From Nanobdellota archaeon (GTDB lineage: Archaea; Nanobdellota; Nanobdellia; Woesearchaeales; GW2011-AR4): DNA of 55,216 bases. Positions 8,734 to 17,363 of this stretch are shown here, one piece after another. Positions within the stretch are counted from its first letter, which is position 1. The number at the start of each line of letters is the position of its first letter. Position numbers and translations under genes: made by a program. The stretch lies in NCBI GenBank assembly GCA_038046385.1, contig JBBSWH010000012.1, positions 1 to 55,216 on the forward strand, given 5' to 3'. The notes under the pieces were generated by a model. That model searched no databases. It worked only from the letters and a program-made list of their open reading frames with translations, and was not told the origin of the DNA.

Positions 8734-9948
8734 TCAAAACCTGATTCTTTTCTTCCTTTCCTTCATTATCTTTCTTATTATGAAGGTGATTGTTGCAATT
8801 ATTATCAAATACACAATCAGCGGCAGCAGTTCCAGCTTCTTCTGCGTTTCTTCTTCAGGAGAAGCATTTACGTTTATCACAGTGCCTTTCTCATAAGTCA
8901 GTTTTTTGTTGTACACGACGCGTCCAATTAAAGTATACCTTCCGGGCTGTTCAGGATTAAAGAAAATGTCAAAGTCAGAAATCTCTCCGGCCGGAACTAT
9001 AACTTCGTCTGTTTCTACAAGCCTTACAATTCTGTCGTCAAGCCTTATTGCTCCCTTGAATTGGGCAGTAACCGCCCTCTCCCCGCTGTTTTGGAATCTT
9101 GCAGTTATCTGCACTGTTTCTTTTGTATATGCCCATGGCTTGTTTATTATTTCTTTTAACTCTCCTTTGTCGGAAATGCCGCCTTTTTCAACCACATTGA
9201 AAGTTATGATTCCGTTTGATCTGCATTCTTTGGAAGACATGCTTGCCCAGTATTGGCCTTCTCCAAGCGGATTTTGCGCAAAGCCGCTTATCTTTTTCTC
9301 TGTAGTTGGAAGAACTTCATCCCCCAGAAAATCTCTTGTAAAGATTAGCTTTTCCTGCATTTGGTCCCAAACATCTATTGTAAGGGTTGGCCTTAGCCTA
9401 ACGTTTCCGTCATTTATCGTATTATAGGAAAATTCAAGAGGAAATCCGACTTCAGCATCTTTTAAATTAAATGCTCCGGCGCGGCATTCGACTTTTTCGT
9501 CTCCTGAAACTTCCAGGTTTACTCTCAGGCTGACTGCCGTCTTGACAGCAGCGCCTGCCCTGCCTCCCCCTCCGCTCGAGCCTTCTGTTATAAACTCTAT
9601 ATCTCCTGAATAATTTCCGATTCTCGTGTCTGAAGGCGGCTCTACTATTATTTTTAATTTATATGGATTGTCTTTTGATATGGAAAATGAGGTTTCGTTT
9701 GTGTCAAACCTTACCCAGTTTCTGATTTCCCCCTGGGCATTAAATGTTGCAAATATCTCTTCATCTGAACCGGTGCTGATTGTAACTGTTCTTTCAGAAT
9801 AGCCTGCCCTGAGCACTCCCTGGAAATTTGCCCTTCCCGGGCTTATTCCTATGCTGAGGGCATGCGCAGCGCCGGAATATGCGGCAAATAATAATATGAA
9901 AATTAATAAGCGTGCATTATTACAATTTAACTTTCTGTTTTTTTGCAT
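8734..9948 (-). CDS. Membrane-anchored three-Ig-domain surface protein (DUF916/WxL-interacting-like architecture)
   Basis: Start moved to ATG 9948, 1 nt after the upstream stop. Signal peptide ending AHA-L, SIGISP start of the mature chain, NDGNV and NSGE Ig motifs, C-terminal TM plus basic tail. Confidence 0.7.
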   Translation of the reverse strand: MQKNRKLNCNNARLLIFILLFAAYSGAAHALSIGISPGRANFQGVLRAGYSERTVTISTGSDEEIFATFNAQGEIRNWVRFDTNETSFSISKDNPYKLKIIVEPPSDTRIGNYSGDIEFITEGSSGGGGRAGAAVKTAVSLRVNLEVSGDEKVECRAGAFNLKDAEVGFPLEFSYNTINDGNVRLRPTLTIDVWDQMQEKLIFTRDFLGDEVLPTTEKKISGFAQNPLGEGQYWASMSSKECRSNGIITFNVVEKGGISDKGELKEIINKPWAYTKETVQITARFQNSGERAVTAQFKGAIRLDDRIVRLVETDEVIVPAGEISDFDIFFNPEQPGRYTLIGRVVYNKKLTYEKGTVINVNASPEEETQKKLELLPLIVYLIIIATITFIIRKIMKERKKRIRF

Positions 9949-9949
9949 T

Positions 9950-11074
9950 TTATTGTTTTTTATCGTCAGCGTCATTATCTTTGCTTTCAGCAGTTTCTTC
10001 TTTTTTGTGCTTTTGCCGGTATTTTTTAAAGTCAAACATAAAAAACAAGACTATTGCCGCTACTGCAACAAGCTCTATTGCCAGTTTTGAAATTATCGGA
10101 TAGTTGTTTTTGCATTGGTTATCCTCTATCTTCCGAAAAAATCTGCAGTCAAGCGGCTTGCACGAGTGGTTAAAGAAGGTTTCATTCCAAATACAATCAA
10201 GCGCATTGCAGGAATGCATGCTCACAAACTCTTTTTCAGAGCATTCCAGCTTTCTGCATGTATTGTTGAATATAAACTCATCCTCACTGCATTCGAGCTT
10301 TATGCATGTTCTGTTAACAATATAGTCATCAAAATCGCACATTAGCTTTTTGCATGTTTCATTCTCGATATATTCATCCGGCCTGCAGTTTAACGGCTTG
10401 CAGGTTCTGTTATCCATATATTCATCATAACCGCAGTTTATTTTCATGCACGTGTTGTTTGTGCATGCTTCGTTGCCTGCGCACTGGTCATTTCCGCAGC
10501 ATTGGTAATCTATGCATTTATTATTTTTAAAATACTGGCAGCTTCCGCACTTTAAGCCTATGCAGTCATTGTCAGTGCATGACTCATCTTCCCTGCAGTA
10601 AGAATTATCGGTGCACTGTATCAGCTTAAGGCTTTCATTGTCTTCAAAGCATTTTTTTGTTTCATACACATTGTCGCGCGCTATAGTATACTCATCGGTG
10701 ATTGTTATTATAAGGCATGGCTTGTAAACAAGAAGCTGCTTGAAGTTTGCCTTTGGGAGTTTTGTTTTAAAGCTTATGTTAATCATCCCATTTGGCCTTA
10801 GCAGCGCCACATCTCTTTTGTCAAGATAGGGGTCAAACGGAAGCCTATACGATGCAAATTCTTTTTGATTGAGAACATCAATAAAATCAACACCTATAAA
10901 CTCAAGATAGTGGTTGCCGTCATTTGTAAGATTTACAAACCACTCTATTTCATCTTTTTCTATGCAAATATCGCCATTGCAAGTGTGCCCGACGCTGTAA
11001 AAATATGCATTTCCAAATCCTGCAGCCATTGCTAACGCAAACAAAAGTGAAAAAATATATTTTGTTGTTTTCAT
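9950..11074 (-). CDS. Cys-rich repeat surface protein with a C-terminal TM
   Basis: Start at ATG 11074. Signal peptide, about 7 tandem 16-aa C-x4-C-x10 repeats (e.g. CKPLNCRPDEYIENET), TM and charged tail. Confidence 0.8.
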   Translation of the reverse strand: MKTTKYIFSLLFALAMAAGFGNAYFYSVGHTCNGDICIEKDEIEWFVNLTNDGNHYLEFIGVDFIDVLNQKEFASYRLPFDPYLDKRDVALLRPNGMINISFKTKLPKANFKQLLVYKPCLIITITDEYTIARDNVYETKKCFEDNESLKLIQCTDNSYCREDESCTDNDCIGLKCGSCQYFKNNKCIDYQCCGNDQCAGNEACTNNTCMKINCGYDEYMDNRTCKPLNCRPDEYIENETCKKLMCDFDDYIVNRTCIKLECSEDEFIFNNTCRKLECSEKEFVSMHSCNALDCIWNETFFNHSCKPLDCRFFRKIEDNQCKNNYPIISKLAIELVAVAAIVLFFMFDFKKYRQKHKKEETAESKDNDADDKKQ

Positions 11075-11075
11075 T

Positions 11076-12602
11076 TTACTCTCCGGCAAATCTTGCAGTG
11101 AAAAGCACCGTGCCGTTGCATATTCCGTATGTCAGGGCAGGCACTTGCAGTTTCCAATATGTTGTGTTGGTGTCATTGCCTGCCGTGTTATCGTTAATCT
11201 TTTGGTAAAGGGTAACATTTAAGTCTTGCGTTTCGTTGTTGGCCCTTTTCATGAGGCTGAAAGCAGTCCCATTCTCCATTGAAAATCTTTGATTGTTGTT
11301 GGATATGTTTCCAACAGGGCAATTCATGGACAAATTAAGATAGCCCATGCTTTCATTCGGCGCAAAGCTCCTGAAGCTGAGGTTTATCGGGACATTTCCT
11401 GCATTTATCATAGTCAAATTAAAGTCGCTGGAAGAGGTGTTTGTTGCCTTGAGGTTTCCATAGTCTATTATTAAGCTGTCAAAGTCCACGGCAAGCAGCT
11501 CATTGACAACAGTTGAAATATTTGCATATGCGCTGAAATTGTCAAAATCAGCAACGCTTGCGTTGCATCTCCATGTTCCGTTGCTTGCATAATGCGCAAC
11601 TTTAAACTGGCAGGAATAATTTGACTGGAACTGGCTTGAACTCATGTTCACGCAGCTTCTGTTGGTGTAGTGGTCATTATTGTCGTCAGGCGCATTCAGG
11701 CCGGCAGAATCAAGGTAAAATGTGGCATTCACGTTTCTTATGTCAAGTATGGAATTGTACTCTGTTACAGAAATGTTGCACAGCAGCGATAGGTTGTTTC
11801 CGGCAAGCAAGTCAACAGGGTTGTTTATTCTTATGCTGCTTATTAATGGGGCGATGTTTTGCATTGTCAGGTTTATTGATGAATAAGGGTCTGCAGTGCT
11901 AAACTTCGGGGCTCCGTCAGAAGCGCAAAAAGCAATAACGGTTACATTCGCGTTCCCTGAGCCTGTTCCTGTGATGCTCCAGTTAACTAATTTATACCCT
12001 CTGCTTATTATATCTCCGAGAGGATGAACTGGCTTTTCCCCCTCCGATATGTTTATTATGCTCCTATCCGTAAAGTTTATTGACGTGTTGCAGTCAAACC
12101 CATCCCCTCCAAGTATGCTTATGTTGGCAAAGAAGCTAAAAATCACAGTCTTGTTCAATATGCTGTTGTTGGCCGGGAAAACTATCGTAACATTTTCCTC
12201 GCTTGGCCTGGTGGTGTTTAAAATCACGTTAGCCGTAGTTGTTGTCGGGCTTAAGTTAACTGCATAAATTCCGTAATGGGTTGCATTCCACGACGTTACT
12301 AATATAAAGTCTCCGTCGTTTCCGCTTATAGTGTCTGAATATGTTCCCCTTAATTCAGGAGTCTCTTCTACTCCGTTGACATAAGTAAAAACAAAATCTT
12401 CAGTGATGGTGTCATTTATAGTTATGGGTATCTCATTCGGAACGCCATTAGCGCTTCCGTTGGCGAAAACCTGGCCTTCTACGTTATGCGAGGAAGGCGG
12501 TGCAAGCGCAAACTTTGCCATAATTATAAAATTCATTGCCAAAGCTAAAAATATCAAGTGCATCTTTAATCTTTCAATCCTCTTTTTTTTTGATAATGTC
12601 AT
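11076..12602 (-). CDS. Secreted multidomain glycoprotein; C-terminal ~260 aa paralogous to 1752..2720
   Basis: Signal peptide and sequon-rich Ig-like domains, with the shared motifs above. The start overlaps the upstream stop (ATGA). Confidence 0.8.
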   Translation of the reverse strand: MTLSKKKRIERLKMHLIFLALAMNFIIMAKFALAPPSSHNVEGQVFANGSANGVPNEIPITINDTITEDFVFTYVNGVEETPELRGTYSDTISGNDGDFILVTSWNATHYGIYAVNLSPTTTTANVILNTTRPSEENVTIVFPANNSILNKTVIFSFFANISILGGDGFDCNTSINFTDRSIINISEGEKPVHPLGDIISRGYKLVNWSITGTGSGNANVTVIAFCASDGAPKFSTADPYSSINLTMQNIAPLISSIRINNPVDLLAGNNLSLLCNISVTEYNSILDIRNVNATFYLDSAGLNAPDDNNDHYTNRSCVNMSSSQFQSNYSCQFKVAHYASNGTWRCNASVADFDNFSAYANISTVVNELLAVDFDSLIIDYGNLKATNTSSSDFNLTMINAGNVPINLSFRSFAPNESMGYLNLSMNCPVGNISNNNQRFSMENGTAFSLMKRANNETQDLNVTLYQKINDNTAGNDTNTTYWKLQVPALTYGICNGTVLFTARFAGE

Positions 12603-14938
12603 ATTCTCTTTTTTTTGTATTTACGCCCATACTTAATTTTTCTCAAGGCAATAAAAGATGAAACTAAAACTGCGGCAATCAAAAGAGTATATGGCTGGGC
12701 TATTGAAGTGTACAATAAATCAAGCCTTACTCTTGAAAATCCGTTTCCAAAAATGTTTAGCATGAAGTCAACATTTCTTTGGTCTTTTAATTCTGCCTTG
12801 TAATCTCCATTTGCTCCCTGAATCATTATCTCTATAGGGTCGCCGGCTTCTCCGCTGACCAGCATTGAATAAGCGCCTGTAACTTCTTCTCCGCTGGTTT
12901 CGCCAAGAAAAACTTCCATTGTTCTGAGATTCCTGATGGCAACTCCGGTGCCGCTTTCAGCCTGTTTCAGTCCGCCAAACTTATACACAATTCCGCTTAT
13001 GCTGTACGGCGCTTCTATCTTTGAAATCTGCGGAGTTATTTTTGTTTTTACAGGAATATCCTGCCTGACGCTTATTGCAAAATAAGAAAATCCAGGAGTT
13101 GTTGCGCTGTATTTTGCGAAATTGCCTTCATTCCCGGTTTTGCTTGTTTCAAGCTCACTCCATTGTTTATTGTTATACCTGTTCAGCACAATTGCACTTT
13201 CATCAATCCCAATCTCTTTTATCCATTCCCTGTCCACAGTGAAATTAACTTCGAATTCTTCCTCAGTTAATTCAGCATTTTCAAGCTGCACCCTGTCTAT
13301 CTTCAGGTATTTGTAAACTCTGTTTTGAATGCTTTCTGCATCTTTCGGCTTCTCGCTTAATTCTTCTATCTTTAAATCAATCTTGTCAGTAGGAGACGTT
13401 ATTGATATCTCTGTTTTTTTATTGCTGCCTTCAAGCTTTTTTATGAAATGTTTTAGCCCGCCTCTTCCTTTATTGTCTTTTTGCAAAATTTGTTCTGGAA
13501 CTTTTACATACACTGTAAAATCCTGCTCTGCAGAAAGAAGCCCGTCGCTGGCTTCAACAGTTATGTTATAAAATCCGCCCTGGCTTGCAGGCGGAACCCA
13601 TTCAGCAATTCCGGTTGAAGCATCTATTGCCATGCTTTCAGGGGATTTTTTCAAAGAATACTGCAGGGCATCATTGTCAATATCAGAAGCATCTGCGTCA
13701 TAAGCATATAAACTGCCCGGGCTTGCAGTGCTTTGCGGAACAGAATAAATAACCGGGGCATCATTCACATTTTCAACTGTTATTGCGTAAGGGAGCGAAG
13801 TTGTTCCGGTGCCGTCAGAAACAGATACTGTGACATTTTGAATTCCAACATCATCATTTTTAGGAACCCATGAGATAACTCCGCTTGCGCTGTCGATTGA
13901 CATTCCAATGAGCCCTTCATTAACTGAATAGGCAAGAATGTCATTGTCAATGTCTGTTGCATCGATATCATAATAATAAGCAGAATCCTGCACTGCAGTT
14001 GTTACCGGCAATGAAATTATAACCGGAAGATCGTTCACATTTGAAACATCTATTGAGAATTGCTGGAAAGTTTGAGTGATTCCGTCTGTAGCGGCAACTT
14101 CAACATTGTTAATCCCTATTTGACTATTGCCTGGAATCCATTCTATTAAACCTGTTGAAGCATTTATTGCCATTCCAGACGGGCTGCTGACTAAAGAGTA
14201 AAAAATTATATCGTTGTCATCATCTGTTGCATCAACATCATAAAAGTAATATGAATCCTGCGCTCCTGTTTCCACAGGAACAGATATTATCACAGGAGCA
14301 TCGTTTACATTCTGAACATCCAGATTAAAAGACTGGTTTACATAAAAAATGCCGTCAGAAACCTGAACTGAAATTACATGCGCACCCACATCGCTGTTTG
14401 ACGGAATCCAAGTTATAATTCCGCTTGCGCTGTCTATTGCCATTCCAACAGGGCTTTCCAAAAGAGAGAACTGCAATAAGTCATTATTCTCGTCATAAGC
14501 AGAAACTTGATAAATATACTGGCTGTCTTCTGTTGCAATAACTTCCGGAGTTGAAGTGATGATCGGTGGTATCGGCGGATAAGTCATGTTGAGGTATAAA
14601 TTCACATTTCTCATAACTCCAGTCAAAGTTAAAGTTGCATTCACCTGATTGTATTTGTTCCACGCCCTTACAACAATTATATTGCCGTCATCTCCCTTTA
14701 ATGATACAGAATACGCCCCGTTTGAATCTGTCGTGCCGTAAACTGTGTTGCCGTTGTTGTTGTTTTTTACATAAAAATCAGTGCCGGCAGTGACTTTTGT
14801 AATCCCGTCAAGCTCCAGTATTGTGCCGTCAACCCCGTGCGGGACAGGAATTGAATAAGATGCAGGCACAGCAGAGAAAATAAACAAAATAAATGCAGTT
14901 ATTGCCTTGGCAAGATTTTTATTTTGCATCTGCATCAT
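12599..14938 (-). CDS. Surface protein with four cadherin-like/He_PIG Ig repeats, a PGF-pre-PGF domain and a C-terminal TM
   Basis: Four repeats of (NVND)xPxIxSxP..Y.YD.DA.D.DND..(GM).I...G.I.W.P, and YSATTPGFSYFAI. The exact start is uncertain (ATGs at 14947, 14938, 14935, 14929). Confidence 0.85.
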   Translation of the reverse strand: MMQMQNKNLAKAITAFILFIFSAVPASYSIPVPHGVDGTILELDGITKVTAGTDFYVKNNNNGNTVYGTTDSNGAYSVSLKGDDGNIIVVRAWNKYNQVNATLTLTGVMRNVNLYLNMTYPPIPPIITSTPEVIATEDSQYIYQVSAYDENNDLLQFSLLESPVGMAIDSASGIITWIPSNSDVGAHVISVQVSDGIFYVNQSFNLDVQNVNDAPVIISVPVETGAQDSYYFYDVDATDDDNDIIFYSLVSSPSGMAINASTGLIEWIPGNSQIGINNVEVAATDGITQTFQQFSIDVSNVNDLPVIISLPVTTAVQDSAYYYDIDATDIDNDILAYSVNEGLIGMSIDSASGVISWVPKNDDVGIQNVTVSVSDGTGTTSLPYAITVENVNDAPVIYSVPQSTASPGSLYAYDADASDIDNDALQYSLKKSPESMAIDASTGIAEWVPPASQGGFYNITVEASDGLLSAEQDFTVYVKVPEQILQKDNKGRGGLKHFIKKLEGSNKKTEISITSPTDKIDLKIEELSEKPKDAESIQNRVYKYLKIDRVQLENAELTEEEFEVNFTVDREWIKEIGIDESAIVLNRYNNKQWSELETSKTGNEGNFAKYSATTPGFSYFAISVRQDIPVKTKITPQISKIEAPYSISGIVYKFGGLKQAESGTGVAIRNLRTMEVFLGETSGEEVTGAYSMLVSGEAGDPIEIMIQGANGDYKAELKDQRNVDFMLNIFGNGFSRVRLDLLYTSIAQPYTLLIAAVLVSSFIALRKIKYGRKYKKKRI

Positions 14939-15074
14939 CCTTTTCATTTTTCCCAAGCTGTTCTATCGCCATTTCCACAGCATGGCTTCTGTTTCTGTAC
15001 TTCCTGTCCTTGACTAATGAATTTAGAACTCTGATTATCTCCTTGTCCAGCGTTACTGAAATCCTTTCTTTCAT
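14919..15074 (-). CDS. Ribbon-helix-helix (CopG-like) regulator, 51 aa (missing from the ORF track)
   Basis: Hand translation: MKERISVTLDKEIIRVLNSLVKDRKYRNRSHAVEMAIEQLGKNEKDDADAK, with the classic ISVTL...NRSxxVE RHH pattern. Heads the 8734-14938 operon. Confidence 0.85.
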   Translation of the reverse strand: MKERISVTLDKEIIRVLNSLVKDRKYRNRSHAVEMAIEQLGKNEKDDADAK

Positions 15075-15085
15075 AACACAAAAAG

Positions 15086-15134
15086 TATTACTTTATACTA
15101 TTTTATATTACAAAGTAATATTCTAGTATATAAA
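15086..15134 (-). promoter_or_regulatory. TATA box and inverted-repeat operator upstream of the small RHH gene
   Basis: TATTACTTT(15086-15094)/AAAGTAATA(15112-15120), plus TATTAC-AAA-GTAATA. TTTATATA lies on the minus strand at 15127-15134. Confidence 0.5.
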
Positions 15135-15309
15135 TTTATCTGAAATTTATTGTTTTGAGAAATTTAAATTAGAAAATTTTAGAAATTTTCAAAATTTAAA
15201 GTTTTTGTTGTTAATTTAAGTCATTGCAAGTTTTTAATAGGCATACATAAATACAAGCGGTTCCAGAAACAGGTATAACTCATTTTAGGCATTAAAAAAA
15301 GAGCTCAAT

Positions 15310-16230
15310 ATGGACACTAAACAAGATTCTTCGGAGTTTGCAAAGCGCTTCCAGCTTATCCTCGATTCAACTGACGAAGGAATTTATGGAATTGACTTAA
15401 CTGAAAACTGCATATTTGTAAACAAATCTGGCTTAAGAATGCTGGGCTATGCAGAAGAAGAGCTGATCGGAAGAAAACTGCATTCCATAATCCATTGCAA
15501 AAAACCAAATGGAGATATATACCCTGCAAGCGAATGCCCTATACTCCATAGCTTTAAGACTGGCAAGGGAATAAGGGATGACAGTGAAGTTTTCTGGCGC
15601 AAGGACGGGACAGCTTTTTATGTTGAATATGCAGCTTATCCTATTGTGGACGAAGGAATTGCCAAGGGGGTCGTTGTAAGCTTCACGGACATTACAAAAA
15701 GAAAAATTAAGGAGGAATCCCTTACCCAATTCAGAAAGGCAGTTGAATCCTCCGGAGACGCAATATTCCTGACAGATATAAATGGAATTTTCACTTATGT
15801 AAATTCCGGATTCACAAAGATGTATGGGTATTCCAGCGGAGAATTAGTTGGAAAAAACACGCCGAGAGTGTTTAAAAGCGGAAAGCTAGATAGACTAGCC
15901 TATGAGCATCTTTGGAAAACCATTTTGAGCAAGCAGGAATTCAAGGCAGAACTGATAAACAAGACAAAAGATGGCAGGATTATAACAATTGAAGGTTCTA
16001 TAAACTCCGTTATTGGTGACAACGGAAATATAATTGGGTTTCTCGGAATACAAAGGGACATTACCCAAAGGAAAGCAGAGCAGAACATAATAAATGAAAG
16101 AACAATCGAGCTTGAAAAGTTCAGTAGGCTTGCAGTTGGAAGAGAGCTAAAGATGGTTGAGCTCAAAAAGAAGATTCAAGATTTGGAAAATGAGTTAAAG
16201 AATGCATCGAAGAAAAATGCAGCCAAATAG
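15310..16230 (+). CDS. Cytoplasmic tandem PAS-PAS sensor with a C-terminal coiled coil and no kinase domain
   Basis: Two PAS/PAC units (VNKSGLRMLGY..RKDG..DITKRK; VNSGFTKMYGY..KTKDG..RDITQRK), ending in LEKFSRLAVGRELKMVELKK. Confidence 0.9.
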   Translation: MDTKQDSSEFAKRFQLILDSTDEGIYGIDLTENCIFVNKSGLRMLGYAEEELIGRKLHSIIHCKKPNGDIYPASECPILHSFKTGKGIRDDSEVFWRKDGTAFYVEYAAYPIVDEGIAKGVVVSFTDITKRKIKEESLTQFRKAVESSGDAIFLTDINGIFTYVNSGFTKMYGYSSGELVGKNTPRVFKSGKLDRLAYEHLWKTILSKQEFKAELINKTKDGRIITIEGSINSVIGDNGNIIGFLGIQRDITQRKAEQNIINERTIELEKFSRLAVGRELKMVELKKKIQDLENELKNASKKNAAK

Positions 16231-16298
16231 CGAAAAGTTTATCTATACTGCTTCAAACAAAATAAAAAAGAGGGATTAAAATAGCCGACGAAAAAAAA

Positions 16299-17045
16299 GT
16301 GGATAGCCTAAAAACCGGAGTGCCGGGATTTGATGTTCTTATAGATTCAGGCGGAATTCCCAGAGGCGTTTCTGTGCTTGTCTCAGGGGGCCCTGGGAGC
16401 GGCAAGACAACATTCTGCCTGCAGACAATAGCTTACGGAGCTTCTATCGGGGAAAAGTGCGTTTATCTTTCTTTTGAGGAAAGCGAGGAAAGGCTTAAGG
16501 GCCACATGCGCGGCTTCGGATGGAATCCCGAAGAGCTTGAAAATAGCGGCAATCTTATAATAAAAAGAATGGACCCGTTTGAAATCTCAAGATCCGTTGA
16601 AGCATTGCTTGCGAAGGCAAGAGGCGAGCTTCTTATCGAAATAGACGAAATCGGAGGCCTGATACCTAAAGATTTCAAGCCGGACAGGATTGTTTTGGAT
16701 TCATTGTCTGCTGTTGCAGCTGCGTTTGCCGGAAGAGATGAAGGCTACAGGATATATATAGAGCAGCTTTTCAAGGCATTGGAAAAGATAGGCGCGACTT
16801 CTTTTATGATAACAGAAATCAACCTTGACATGAATCAGTTCAGCAGAAGCGGCATAGAGGAATTTTTGTCAGATGGCGTTATCGCTTTTTATAATATAAG
16901 GAGGGGAAACAGCAGGGTAAGCGCTACAGAAATAATAAAATTAAGGGGAACGTCGCACAAAAAGAAAATAGTCCCTTTTAGCATAGCCACCGGCAAGGGA
17001 ATTGAAGTGTATCCGACAGAAGAGATATTCACTGGAAATGAATAG
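16299..17045 (+). CDS. KaiC-like (RecA-superfamily) single-domain ATPase
   Basis: KTGVPGFD, Walker A GGPGSGKT, catalytic FEES, Walker B IVLDS, EEFLSDG and KLRG. Confidence 0.9.
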   Translation: MDSLKTGVPGFDVLIDSGGIPRGVSVLVSGGPGSGKTTFCLQTIAYGASIGEKCVYLSFEESEERLKGHMRGFGWNPEELENSGNLIIKRMDPFEISRSVEALLAKARGELLIEIDEIGGLIPKDFKPDRIVLDSLSAVAAAFAGRDEGYRIYIEQLFKALEKIGATSFMITEINLDMNQFSRSGIEEFLSDGVIAFYNIRRGNSRVSATEIIKLRGTSHKKKIVPFSIATGKGIEVYPTEEIFTGNE

Positions 17046-17116
17046 GGATTTTTTTATATTTTAATCTGTTAAATCGGCCAGTATTTCTTGAATTCTTACC
17101 AAAACATTTAAATACA

Positions 17117-17178
17117 AGTATTCGCACTAATGATGGTATGAGCAATAGAGCTAAGATTAGTGCGAGTATTCGCACTAA
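17117..17178. promoter_or_regulatory. Putative autoregulatory operator
   Basis: AGTATTCGCACTAA at 17117-17130 and 17165-17178; palindrome TTAGTGCGA-GTAT-TCGCACTAA at 17157-17178. Confidence 0.65.
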
Positions 17179-17356
17179 AATACTTGAATTAATAACAAAT
17201 TCCGACAAGCCAGTCTCGACACTGGAAATAGGCTCGAAAATAAATAGGGCGTGGCATTCTGTTCAAAATCACTGCTTAAAACTCCAGATAGAGGGCAAAA
17301 TCACGGGATTCAAGGTCGGAAACATGAATCTTTGGGTAAAAGCTCCAAAGAAATAG
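17138..17356 (+). CDS. Small winged-HTH regulator
   Basis: KILELI..PVSTLEIGSKINRAWHSVQNHCLKLQIEGKI...KVGNMNLW. Lies 7 nt upstream of the 1480-aa gene. Confidence 0.8.
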   Translation: MSNRAKISASIRTKILELITNSDKPVSTLEIGSKINRAWHSVQNHCLKLQIEGKITGFKVGNMNLWVKAPKK

Positions 17357-17363
17357 CCCGTAA

